DNA of 64,000 nt, from assembly GCA_963693365.1 (NCBI GenBank), contig CAVNZM010000003.1, forward strand, positions 6,936,812-7,000,811, read 5' to 3'. How positions within the stretch are numbered: position 1 is the stretch's first letter; the number at the start of each line of letters is the position of its first letter. Positions 26,022 to 63,074 of the stretch are shown here, piece after piece. This DNA is from Amoebidium appalachense (Eukaryota; Protista; Ichthyosporea). Position numbers and translations under genes: made by a program. Below the pieces are notes generated by a model. The model did no database searches, was not told where the DNA came from, and saw only the letters and a list, made by a program, of their open reading frames with translations.

Positions 26022-28240
26022 GGCACGCACATGCATGCGTGTGTGCATGGTGTGTTTCTTCCATCCCTTTTTATTGGGTACTTCTTTTCGGCCGATTAAT
26101 TGTCTCCATTCCAGCACATCCGGGTCAAGCCAATTGCTCAGCCTATAAATCAATTTTCAGAACTGCAATCTCCTTCCTAACGATTTATCATTATTTACCG
26201 TTTCTTTCTTTCTTTTTTTCTCTTTTCGTTTTCTTTTTTGTTGTATCATGGCGCATCTATACCTTGCTACCGGCAAAATGATGGTGCACAGCTAATGCGC
26301 AGCACACCGATCATATAGCTAGAATCCCATCTGACACGGCCCAAAAGTCCAAAAGAAATACCCTATAAATGCTTTCCTTTTTGCCGGCTGTAGAGGACAG
26401 GGGGAGGGGGAAGGGGGGGGGGGGGGGGGGGGGGGAGGGGGGGGGGAGGTAAAGAATGCATTCGAGATCACAAAGTACAGTCTCAGATCTACGACATACA
26501 AAACACACCAGAAAGAAGGAGGGAGAGGGGGGGAGGGGGGGTGTCTCTCTACTTGAAGGTCCAGTTGTAGTCGTCTGATGTGCGGTCCAGCAGCTCAAAA
26601 TAGCCCCCAGGCACGCCCGTGATGGGCCTGTTCCAACAGTCCCTAATGCGCCTATAGAGGTTGCGCGTGTAAAACGACTCAAAGTCCGCATACAGAGGCA
26701 CAAACCCCTGTGTGTGTGTGTGTGTAAGGGGAAACAAGGGAAGGGGGGGGGAGGTGGGTGACTTGAGCATGTGCATGTATGTGTTGTTTGTGTCCTTATT
26801 TGGGCGGATGGGTGTGCATGTGCGGGCGTGCAGACCGTGTACGTGGGTGTGTGGTTGGATGGGTACGTGCACACTCGGATGTATGTGTGTGTGTCTGTAT
26901 TGTGTGCCCATGTGATGTGTGTACAATATACGTGCAGGCATGTGTACTTCTTACGTTTGTGTGTGCGTGTGCCTCTACACATGCGTGCTTAACGTACTTG
27001 CCTCTAAGGTGGACGGCAGGTGTGTGATATGCAGGCGTATTATACTGTGCGTTTGTGGGTTGGAGTATTTACGTGTGGATTTATGACCGTATGTATGTGT
27101 CCATATGTATTTATGCGCGTGTGCGTGCACACAAGTCGACATGTGCACGTAAAAGTGTGTTTGTGTGTGCGTGTGTCTGTGCATGTGTGTGCCAACCAGA
27201 CTAGTGTCTGTGCTTGTGTGCTTGCCCATGCAGTGTTCGGGCACGTTTGTGTGTGTATGTGTGTGTGTGTGTGTGTACGTGTGTGTGTATATGTGTGCCG
27301 TTACCCGGCAAGCATCCGAGCTTGTGTCCGCATATATGTGTGTGTTGTGCGTGTGCGGGTGTGTCCACACACTAACACAGTGAACTCGCATCCTTATGTT
27401 CTGCTCCGTTATCCCAGCAACCCTCATCCCCAGGCCTCGTAACTACCCCCCCCTGCCTCCCCCTCCCCCTAAATCCCATCCAGCGTGCCTCTTCCCCCAT
27501 CCTTCCCAACCCAAACCCCGCTCTCACCCTCAACCCACTTTCCGCTCATTTAACGGTCCATTCCTTCCACTCCCTCCATCCGCACATCCCCCCCCCGCCC
27601 CCTCTCCCCCTTCCGCACGTACCTTGTTCCCCTTCTCCCGGGGCACCTTTGAGCTCTCCAGGCCATAGCGTCTCATCAGGTCCCTTGCGTGGCCAAAGAC
27701 TATCAGCACTGCGTAGGACAGATATGTCCACACGGCCACCCATATCGTGGGCTCTTCAAACTCGTCATGTTGGGCACCAAATATCGGTGGCTCCGGCTCG
27801 TATGTCTGTGCGGATCGGGTGTTGCGTAAGGGGGCAGCAGACAACGTGAAGCATAGCAAAAAAGTGTTGAACAACATCTTGTGGTTTCAATAGGAACATC
27901 ACACCCAACATCCACGAAACGCTGTGTAGATCTTTTTATTGACCTAGATGGGCTGTGTGGATGCTAAGGTGAGTGTGTTAGGGTGCTGCTCACTGCTTAG
28001 ATCCACTACGCGCATGCGAGACACCCTGCACACACACGAACAGGATTGCACCCACACACAGCAAAATAAGTCTCTATTTATGTATAGATTATATCCTCGG
28101 CTGGGGCTGCGTTTTCTTCCGCCGTGCCTACCCCACAGTGCTAGTGCTGTGTGCTGTTTACACGCTGGCACAAACTAACCCCCAGCAGGCACAGTCACAG
28201 CCCGACACCCCGCTTCCTCGCGTCGTCGCGTATCCATCTA
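17449..28240 (-). CDS. SPTLC2: Serine palmitoyltransferase subunit 2 (LCB2/SPTLC2-like), intact copy; exons 27623-27805, 26553-26707, 25398-25512, 24808-24894, 23965-24127, 23453-23529, 22706-22954, 22043-22169, 21311-21363, 20541-20623, 18247-18359, 17449-17555; first exon/start unresolved (~28180-28270)
   Basis: Spliced exons join in frame with GT-AG introns: [52 protein letters not shown]-lysine motif [40 protein letters not shown]. Confidence 0.95.
19461..19676 (-). mobile_element. ~216-bp interspersed structured repeat (SINE/retroposon-like), SPT2 intron copy; may extend 5' to ~20120
   Basis: Reverse complement of 30814-31029 with only a handful of differences. The 3' end (…GACGCATTCAAC) runs into poly-C. 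Duplicated copies at 34378-34593 and 39650-39865. Confidence 0.65.
22152..22280 (-). repeat. 51-bp tandem repeat (~2.5 units) spanning an SPT2 3' splice site
   Basis: gatcatgtcctgggtg recurs at 22161, 22212 and 22263. Also present in copies B (~37080) and C (~42345). Confidence 0.95.
25303..25395. repeat. 18-bp tandem repeat x5 abutting an SPT2 5' splice site
   Basis: cacaggcatgcacg(t/g)gca x5 ending at the donor at 25396-25397. Confidence 0.9.
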
Positions 28241-29009
28241 TAACCGTGCCTGGTCCCCTGCCTAGACATCATCCGTTGCAAGGCCAATATGCGTGCTTGC
28301 TCGCAGAGCCAAAGTGTATCTGTGGTCCCAATACCAAAACAACAACCACACTACCTTTCTCACAACAGGCTTAGAGTGCCCGTTCAGCTGAACAGTTGGC
28401 GCGCCCATTCTCGCGTCCGAACACATTGCTTTACAGTATAGAGGCCAAGAGGTACCCTAACCTAAACTCTGCAAAAAACACTCCCCTCCCCAGCACACCA
28501 TCATCAAAACATCTGCTTTTTTCTGTGAAACCGTCACTTTTGTAACTGCAACGATAACACGCGCACGGGGGGAGGAAAAAAGCGATGCGAGTGGCGCGAA
28601 CCCTATCGACCCAATCACAGGCGACCTATATGGCCAATACAACATGCGTGACACATTATAAAAGCTTTACTAACTACAATCTTTAAATCCTGACGTTAAA
28701 TTGCATACGACATAAAGACGCCATTTATTCAATAATATATCTGTTTTATAAATTCGTGATATGACGGTTATTATAACATTCCTTCATTCGTCCGGCTTAT
28801 GATGTCGCAAACACTGTGCATGCAGCTGGGGGGGCCCCTGCGCTGGAGTTCAGCCAGCGACTTGGGGGTATCATAACTGCGCGAACATTCGTCTAATTAG
28901 AAACCAGCAGATGCATAGGCCAAATATCCAAATGACGGAGGGTAAAGCTTTCAACAACAGAAAATAAGTCAGTAGGTAGCAAAGTAAGGGCTTAGGGTAA
29001 TGGTCTGCA
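28240..29009. promoter_or_regulatory. Putative bidirectional promoter between SPT2 (-) and WRAP53 (+); second copy ~48420-49191
   Basis: Head-to-head genes <1 kb apart. The segment is repeat-free with an AT-rich core, CCAAT boxes (~28612, ~28633) and GGCGCG(A/C) E2F-like motifs (~28398, ~28593). Confidence 0.55.
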
Positions 29010-29886
29010 ATGGATTCGGAGCCAAGCGATCATGGCGGGGGCACGAAACGAACACACACGGAGGAGGAGGGGGAGGTAGTGAAGATGGCCCGCACAGAAA
29101 ACACAACCCAGCTGTCCGCTCTGGAGGCCGCTATGGCTAGCTTTGTGGCCGAAACAGTTGGGGAGAGTGTAGAAACAACGAATCTTGACGGCGATGGAGG
29201 CGGGGTAGATGCAAGCGCAGAAACGGGTGTGAGGGCGGAGGGGGAGGGAGTAGAGGTAAACGCTGAGGTTGCTGTGGAAAGGGAAGACGTAGGTGGGGTT
29301 CACGTGGAAGAGGTGGTGGCAGAGGGACAGGCGGTGACGGAGAGCACAGAGGCAGCTGCGGAGGTGCAAGTAGAGGAGCACGTGCAGGCCCAGGTACTAT
29401 GGTGGTGTGCTGGACCTCCCAGCTGCCTAGCCCAATTGCAGATGTTTTTTCATCTTGCTGCTCCCTCCCGCCAAAATCTTGTTCTTTTTCTTTTCTCTTT
29501 GCACCGCGCTTTGACCATGCGAATATCACTCTCTTTTTGCCATGTCATTCCGCGCCCTCTCTTTTCCAACATTAATTGTCATGCCCAATACCCCTGCCAA
29601 TACAATACCCCTCCTGCCCTTCCACACACGCACACGCACACGCACACGCACACGCACACACACACACATCCACACACACAAGCACACACACAGACATGCA
29701 CGCACGAACAGACACGAACACACACACACACACACGCACACGCACACGCACACACACACACACACACGCACACGCACACGCACACACGCACACACGCACA
29801 CACACACACACGCACACACACACACCGACTAACACGAACACGTACACACACACACACACATACACACACACACTATCTCTCTCTCT

Positions 29887-29917
<31 letters not shown>

Positions 29918-30152
29918 CCCCTCCCCCGGCCCCTCACCCCCCTCCCCCACTCCCCCCACCTCCCCATCCTTCTTTCCGCTTCTCCCCCCCACACCTCCTT
30001 CTCTCTCACACACATACTCACCATCCCTCCCCCCTCCTTCCCTTTCCCTTCCCGGCTCTCACTCCCCCATTCCCTCCACCCCCTCCCCTCTCTTCCCCCC
30101 CTGCCCCTTCTCTCTTTATACACCTCTTGCTCTCTTCCACTCACTCACTCAC

Positions 30153-30357
<205 letters not shown>

Positions 30358-30813
30358 CCCCCCCCTACCCCTCCTCTCTCTTTCCCCGCATTTTTATCCC
30401 CCCCTTCCCCCGTCCCCGGCCTCCCCGACCCACCGTACGTTCGCATGTTCACACGCACACTCTTCACTTCTTTAATTTTCTTGAACGGCATTTTATATCC
30501 CTCATCTTTTATTTACTCTCTGGTACCTTTGGCGTTGTGTGTAGGCACTATCATCCTCAACTGGCGCGTTTACTTAAACTTAACCTATATCCCCCCCCCG
30601 TCCCCCCGGGGGCCGTCAACTCACCACCACCACCGCCTTTCCTTTTTTTTTTTTTTTTTTTCCTTCTTTTTTCCCCCCCCTTCCTCTATGCGTCCCGTTC
30701 TCTCTCTCCTGCCTTAACCCCCTTGGGTACTATTGGCCGTGGCACACACCTTCTCTTATTCATTTACATGATATGGAAATCTCACCAGCAAACCCCCCCC
30801 CCCCCCCCCCCCC

Positions 30814-31029
30814 GATCAAGACGGGTGACCTACCCATGTTCAAGTGAAACAGTATCTGAGTTGGGTTTCGTTAACGAGGTGAATAGGTCGAAACTCGGGT
30901 ACTGTGGATGACGTGGGCCCCCCTGAGGATGGGCTCTGCTTATTATGCATACTCTTTATGTATGGCTTGCATCCTGCATCGTGTTATCCGTTTGTTCTTG
31001 TGTACTTCGTACTTTTTGACGCATTCAAC
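30814..31029 (+). mobile_element. ~216-bp interspersed structured repeat, WRAP53 intron 1 copy, embedded in poly-C (second copy 50983-51199)
   Basis: Near-identical to the reverse complement of 19461-19676, flanked by poly-C on both sides. Confidence 0.65.
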
Positions 31030-31679
31030 CCCCCCCCCCCCCCCCCACACACACCTACCCACCCGCCCACTTACACATCCACCCGCCCACCCACCCGCCC
31101 ACCCCACTTACCCTCCCCTACCTCCCACCCCTCCACCCACCCACAGATCTTCTTTCCCAGCTACAGCTTCGACACACCTCCACGGCTACTATTTGAGGCC
31201 AACATTGGTTGTGACGTCACGGCACATGGCCACCTGCCAAAACAGGAAGGTTGCTCCCGGCCTGCAAATAACTTCTGGAAAGGTTCGTGCTTGTGGCTGT
31301 GATATGTTGGATCGGGGATGGAGGGGGGGAGGGGGGGAGGGGGGGGGAAGGTGGGGGGAAGTTGGGGAGGGGGGGGGGGGGGAGAAGGGTCTAAGAGGGG
31401 GGGGTGGGGGGGGGGGGGGGGGGGAGAGAGAGGGAGAGAGAAAGAGAGAGAGATAGAATGGGGGAGGGCTGCTAAGGTGCATGTAATGTGTGGTTGGATG
31501 CCCATTTGTGACATGAATACATCACCCAGTTGGGGCATCTTACCTGGACACTATATACTATCTTTCATTGTTGCCATATAAAAAATCCAGTGTGTTACAG
31601 AAAATTATGTTGCCAGTCGTCGTGTTGTTCATGTGGCTTGGGAGAGAAAAGACAATAATGCAGGGGTAGCAACAAAGAC

Positions 31680-32170
31680 AATGGAAGGGAGGAAGGCAGA
31701 TGCATAGAAGCGACGAAGAAAGAATGGAGGGGGGGAAGGCAGATGCATAAAAGCGACGAAGAAAGAATGGAAGGGGGGAAGGCAGATGCATAGAAGCGTC
31801 GAAGAAAGAGTGGAAGGGGGGAAGGCAGATGCATAGAAGCAACGAAGAAAGAGTGGAAGGGGGGAAGGCAGATACATAGAAGCGTCGAAGAAAGAGTGGA
31901 AGGGGGGAAGGCAGATGCATAGAAGCGACGAAGAAAGAGTGGAAGGGGGGAAGGCAGATGCATAGAAGCGTCGAAGAAAGAGTGGAAGGGGGGAAGGCAG
32001 ATGCATAGAAGCAACGAAGAAAGAATGGAAGGGGGGAAGGCAGATGCATTGAAGCAACGAGAAAGAATGGAAGGGGGGAAGGCAGATGCATAGAAGCGAC
32101 GAAGAAAGAATGGAAGGGGGGAATGCAGTTGCATTGAAGCCACAAGACAGAATGAAAGGGGGACAGGCAG
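31680..32170. repeat. 43-bp purine-rich minisatellite (~11 units) in WRAP53 intron 2; second copy ~51841-52330
   Basis: Unit gaagaaaga(g/a)tggaaggggggaaggcagatgcatagaagc(gac/gtc/aac), starts at 31801, 31844, 31887. Confidence 0.95.
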
Positions 32171-32949
32171 ATACTAACGTGATCTTGAGCAGGGGCACGA
32201 TGGGCACCCGATGGCACGTGCCTGCTGGGGTGGGCCGAGGATAAGATGCTGCGGGTGCTTGCCATGCCACAAGATTGGGATTACACACGCACAGACACGT
32301 AGGTGGCAAGAGGATGGGCTCTGCTCAGTATGCATACTTGTTGGTTGTGCTTGCAGAATATTTTGTCGTGCGTTGTGTATGTGAACTGCATACCCTTTGA
32401 CATATCCCCCCTCCCTCCCTCCCCGTCCTGCCCTCCTTCTCTCTTGCCTCCAGTTGCTCTTCTTTCTAGACGTCATGTTTTTAATCCCGAAATGGAAATT
32501 CTTGACTTTAGTTCCTTTTTCTCTTCCCTTCCCCCCCGTTTTACTCTCTCTCTCTCTCTGTTTCTCTCTCTTCCGGCATCCCCCCCCCCCCCCCCCCCCC
32601 CCTCCCCCTGCCTCCCCCTCCCCCCTCCCCCCCCCCCCCCCCCCCCCCCCAAGTCCACCACTAACCACAGTGTATCTGGGCATGCACGTGCAGGGGCACA
32701 CTCACAGCACGTGCACACATGTGTGAGGGAGAGACCATCTACGACGCCTGCTGGTACCCCCTCATGAGTGCATATGACCCGGCTACGGTGTGTGTGCTGG
32801 CCGCCACAAGGGACCACCCCATCCACCTGTGGGATGTCTACGAGCAAGGTGGTGGCCCTGCATGCATGCACACAAATAGTTTGATATTAGCATTGAATAC
32901 GCCACACTCCTAGTATCACTGCAGCACACCACACTACCATTAGCATTGG

Positions 32950-33192
32950 TTACATACCGCCCTACTGTTATCATTGAGACTAATGCCGCCCTACTGCTAT
33001 TATTGACCGTACACCACCCTACTGTTATCATTGAGACTATGCCGCCCTACTGCTATTATTGACCGTACACCACCCTACTGTTATCATTGAGACTATGCCG
33101 CCCTACTGCTATTATTGACCGTACACCACCCTACTGTTATCATTGAGACTATGCCGCCCTACTGCTATTATTGACCGTACACCACCCTACTG
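32950..33192. repeat. 56-bp (2 x 28-bp) minisatellite, truncated at the duplication junction
   Basis: ccaccctactgttatcattgagactatg + ccgccctactgctattattgaccgtaca, ~4 units here versus ~12 at 53110-53810. Confidence 0.95.
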
Positions 33193-35250
33193 CAGAAGCG
33201 AGCCCTTGATGTGATGATGGGGGTGGCCGGGTAGCCCACAACCACCACCCCAATGCCTCGTGCAAGCATCTCTCTGCTGAAGGCACTGCACACACACACA
33301 GTTAGCATGCATGGGCCAGCCACCTCACCACTGGTTCTGTCAGTTTCTACAAGGCGTTTTGGGTTCACATACGGTATCGTTTAATTCGTGCTTTTTGTGA
33401 GTTAAACACTTTTAGTTGGGAATTCAGGAAATTGATTGCTTAGATTCTAACTAGCTTATCAGAACCGCGATCACTCCTCAGAGCCTCCTCATCATTTTCT
33501 CAGATCCAATGCAACTAAAGACACCACTAACCAATCACAGATCTTCAATCACTGCTCAATGCGTTAGCTTCAAAAACCACAAATCCAATGATCCCAGTTG
33601 CCAAACCCAAATATTTCGAGAAACGGAAAGACCCACTGCACATTATGTGGGTGTGTGCATCTGCATGAAGAATGTCCAGGATCGACCATTCCTCCGCATG
33701 TGACCACAAGATACAAAAGGGCAGGTTGGGTTCTAACGAGAAAAGAGCAAACCCGAATGGAATACAACAAAGACGAAATAAAAGAGAGACAGACAGGGAG
33801 AGATGGGGTCGGGAGCGGGCAGGTAAAGGGGCGGCAGGGTGGGGTTGGGCTGGGGAGGGGGAGCCGAGCAGGGAGGGGGGAGAGGGGAGGAGGGAGGGGA
33901 GAAAGGTGACGAAGAGTGAGACAGGTGGAAAGGAACGGAGGGTTACACCAGAGAGAGCAAGGAGGTAATGGGGGAGAGAGAATGGTCATGAGAAGGGGAG
34001 AAGGGTGGGACGGAGGTAAGAAACAAGGGAGGGAAGAACGGAGGGAAGGAAGAAAAGAGGGAGAGAGGGAGGGGGGAGGAATGGAGAGTGGGGGGGAGAG
34101 TGTTTTTTTTTTTTTTTTTTTTGGGGGGGGGGGGGGGGGGAGGGAAGGGGGGAAGGTGTGAGAGAGTGGGGATGGGGGGGGGGGGGGGGGGGGGAAGAGC
34201 AATACAGGGAGCAAGGGAGGAAACCAAACACGTGAAAAGAAGGGCGAGAGGAAAGAGGTGGACTGTGCCACAGTGCGAGAGATGGAGGGGTGCGGGGGTG
34301 TAATGTGTTACAGCCTGCTAAGTGCGCATTCACGACAGACAACCCTATTCCCGCGGGGGAGGGGGGGGGGGGGGGGGGTTGAATGCGTCAAAAAGTACGA
34401 AGTACACAAGAACAAACCGATAACACGATGCAGATGCAAGCCATACATAAATTGTATGCATAATAAGCAGAGCCCATCCTCAGGGGGGGCCCACGTCATC
34501 CACAGTACCCGAGTTTCGACCTATTCACCTTGTTAACGAAACCCAACTCAGATACTGTTTCACTTGAACATGGGTAGGTCACCCGTCTTGATCAGAGACG
34601 AGCAGGGTTGCTTATGCAGGCAAGGGCAGTGGGAAAGGCCGGGGGTTAAAGTTGCACAGTAAGCAGAAGCAAGAAAAATATAGATAGGAACTCAGGAGAC
34701 GGGGCTTCTAGGAAGCTCCCCCGCCGCTACCTAAGTCGATACTTCCCTGGCTAACATACTACACCAGCTGAAAAGAATTAAGTCCCGAAGGCCGCAGAAT
34801 TCGCAATCAGAGGGGAAAATATGAGATTTGACCCACGCCGCAGGGTAGTAACACGCTTACTAGGGCCGAACTTTAACGTCTTCGAACGGAAAGCTATGCC
34901 CCCGGATGTCAGCCGGAAATATGGTATCACCCATTGCTTTGGGCTTGAAAAAAGCCAAATCGATAGTCCGAGTTATGTTACGCCGGCGGGTAACATGCCG
35001 CATGGGTTCCAAGGGAGCTGTCGCCAACAGAGCGGTGTGTGCATGCATGCGCGTAGTGTGTCTATCGCTATGGGAGAGGGTATGCAGAAGTGGACAGATG
35101 AAGTGTGTGGAGAGAAAAACAGTAGGAAGAAAAGTAGACACCGGTGTGTGCAACCCCGCACAACATACACACACACACACACACACATAAATAAGCGAAG
35201 ATTACAGGTAATCAACCAGAACAACAAATGACAAGCAAAACAACAGGCGC

Positions 35251-35287
<37 letters not shown>

Positions 35288-36682
35288 AGAGGGAGAGAGA
35301 GAGAAAAGGGGGGGGGGGAGGGGAGGGGAGGGGGGTCTTAGGGATGCTGCAGAATCGTTAGATATTAGATAAATCGTACCAATACGATCATTCTCTCTCA
35401 TATACATACATACATATATATATATATATATGGGGGGGGGGGGGGGGGGGGGGGGGGGTCGTACGCAATCTTTGCCGGGTGGAAGAGCAGCAGGGGAACG
35501 ACCGGGGAGTCATCAGAGCCGTAGATGATGAACCCCATCTCCAGGCACTGTGTGTGTGTGTGAGTGTGTGTGTGCGCGCGTGCGCGTGAGCAAGTGAGTG
35601 GGTGGGGGTTTATGTGTGTGTGTGTGTGTGTATGTGTGTGTCTCTGTGTGTGTGTAGGGAGGGGGGCGGGAGGGGGGAGGCGGAGTGTAGGTGAGTGGGT
35701 GGATGCGTGGGTGGGTGAATGGATGGGTGTGTGTGTGGGTGGGGGGAAGTGGGTAAGTGAGTGAATGTGTGCACCATTTTTTTTTTTTTTTTGGGGGGGG
35801 GGGGTGGTGGTGGTGATGTATGCGTTAGAGGGTTCTAAATATGGAGGAGACAACAAAGAGCAACAACAAAACGTCACAAAAGTGGGAAACCCAAATTCAA
35901 ACAATTTAAGCGTGCAGGCAGAGGACACTTGAACAGAGCCCATCATCAGGGGGGTTCCTATGCCTCCACAAAAGCATGGGTTTCGACTCTTTAAACTCGG
36001 GGGAGGAAAAAGGTGATGCGATTGAGGCTCGTACTCAGTAAGAAACACGAGCCCAGAACGGGAACACACACATAAGGCAAGGGGTGGGGGAGAGAGAGAG
36101 AGAGAGAGAGGGGGAGGGGGGGGGGGTAGCCAATTGAATAGCCCATACAACTTCATTTGTTTCCTAATTCTTTGCAAGCAAATATCAGCCCCAAGTCACA
36201 ACCAGGAGGTGCAGCAAAGAGACAGTGCACATACCTTCCTGCGGAAATAGCGTGTGTTCTCGTGGATCTGACGGATACGCCGTTCACCTGCGCACAAATC
36301 AAGCCATCAGCCTTATGCTCGGTAGTTTATCCCTCCACATGCGCACAAACCCACCGACTCATCAACCAAATATGCACGCACACACACGCGAGCGCACGCA
36401 CACACCGGTGCGCACATGCATACACATACACACACACTGCCTCAGCCATTGCAGTCTCAGGTGCACACCCCTGCCCTCGTTCCCTCACACCCAAACACCC
36501 ACAACCCACAGACGACCGCGCTGTTTCCTGGTTCAACCTTTGGCCGTGCAAATCCCCCATCGAAAAAACACATCTCGCACCGTAACCCCCCCCCCCCTCC
36601 CCCCCCCTCTTCCCCCGGGGTCATAATAAGGGAAAGAAAGAAACAAACAAGAAAAAACGAAAACCAAAGTAATGGGCGCCAA

Positions 36683-36753
<71 letters not shown>

Positions 36754-36883
36754 TGTGTTGGGGGCGGGCGGGCGGGGGGCGGGGGGGAGGCGAGGACACA
36801 ACCAGGGATCCAGGCACAGGGCTCATTATAAGCTTTGATAATGATGCAGAAAAATGCCAACCATCCCGCTCCTAGTCCCCCGT

Positions 36884-36914
<31 letters not shown>

Positions 36915-37486
36915 CCCCAACACACACCCACGCACGCGCCCACACCCCCTCACGCACGTACCCTCTCCCCTGTCCCAGTCCCCGGCTATGATGGCCATGG
37001 AGGCCATGACCTGTGCAGCCACAGGGGGGGCCATGGAGGGCGCATAGATGGACGAGTGGCACTTGGCCCGGATGGATAAGATCATGTCCTGGGTGATATA
37101 AGTGGGTCAGATATATAAATGGATAGATAGGATCATGTCCTGGGTGATTTAAGTGGGTCAGATATATAAATGGATAGATAGGATCATGTCCTGGGTGCAA
37201 TGCGTCAGATGGGCGGCTGGCAGCATGCAGGCAATACGTCAGATGGGTAGCAGGGGGGGGAGCAGGCACACACCACCATGGAGTAAAAAAAAGGCAGGGC
37301 CGTGAAGAAATAAAATGCTCCTAATCATAGCCCCCCCCGTTGGTGGGGTTGGGGGTTGGAGGGTGAAGGTGCTGCCATTTCAAAATTTTACACTTGCGCC
37401 CATTGCGGGTTAGAGAAACGAGCTGACCAAGTCCCTCCCCCCTCCTCCCGGAGGCAACACACACAGACACGCACACAGACACACAT

Positions 37487-37552
<66 letters not shown>

Positions 37553-37876
37553 AGCCCCACATCCACACACCACACGCACACATGCACAACAGCCCCCCCC
37601 CCCCCCAAAACCCGCTCACCCCTACCTTGCTAGCCGCAATGTAACCACCAGCGGCACCAAAAGACTTGGTGAATGTGCCCATCATGATGTCGACATCAGC
37701 TGGATCCACCCCCCAGTACTCCGTCACCCCCCTGCCCGTAGGCCCCATGGCGCCAATGCTGTGGGCCTCATCCAGATACAGGTAGGCCTTGTACTTCTTC
37801 TTTAATGCCACTATCTCACGCAGTAGGCAGGTGGTCCCCTCCATGGAGTACAGGCCCTCAACTACAATCAGAATCT

Positions 37877-37930
<54 letters not shown>

Positions 37931-38576
37931 GTGTAGGGGAGGAGGGGTGGGGGTTAGCATGTGTTCAGAGGCCGAAGTACACACCAACGATGGACAACAC
38001 AGTGCAGACTGCAGAACACACAAAGATGCATGACAACAGAACCCATCCTCGGGCAAGTGTAAGCCATCCCCACTACCCGAGTCTCCACTCCGGGGGGGGG
38101 GGGGGGGGGGGGGGGGGATTGGGTGTTCAGTGGCACACATCAGGGAGACATGAAGTACTGAGACAGTGTGACATACAGTGTAAAGATGATCAGAGATATA
38201 GTCCGTCATTTGTCCCTCAGCTACGTTTTGTTTGCCATCACGTTTTGGTGCCTATCCTATGTCCTGCGTGCATTCATACCCATTCAACTCCTCGTGTTAT
38301 CGTGCAGAGACCCCCCCCCCCCCCCCCAAAAAAAAAAAAAAAAAAAAAAAAAAAACATGTCTTACCTTCTTGTAGGGGCGGTGTGTGCGGGGCTGACCCT
38401 CAGCCACGGCCCTCCTGAGCAGATACTCGAGATTCTTCATGTCTGCAGAACAAATAAATCACTAACCGAGCATACACGGGGATTAAGGGGGGCTACGGAC
38501 TAATACGTGTCTGGACATACAGGACTCACCTAAAAACACACTGCTTCTACTAGCACACCCGATCAGACGCAGTTCG

Positions 38577-38578
<2 letters not shown>
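33191..38578. repeat. Duplication unit B (= 18265-~23666)
   Basis: Colinear copy ending at gatcagacgcagttcgag, then jumping back to the equivalent of 18392. Confidence 0.95.

Positions 38579-63074
<24,496 letters not shown>

Noticed and set aside
30880-30935. Hammerhead ribozyme (GAAAC-TCGG-GTA and CTGAGGA both present in the 216-bp element)
   Set aside because: The core motifs are present, but I could not build stem II between CTGAGGA and a following GAAA, nor a consistent stem I, in any permutation. It is left as an unclassified structure.
30905-30960. scaRNA/snoRNA (UGAG CAB-like loop in a WRAP53 intron; GGATGA/CTGA box-like words)
   Set aside because: The hairpin is too short for H/ACA, there is no H box, the ACA is not conserved between copies, and the C/D-like words are non-consensus.
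31558-32309. 43-bp, 56-bp and 31-bp arrays as CRISPR arrays or repeat-protein genes
   Set aside because: Units are contiguous with no unique spacers, no cas genes are present, the context is a eukaryotic intron, and unit lengths of 43/56/31 do not keep frame.
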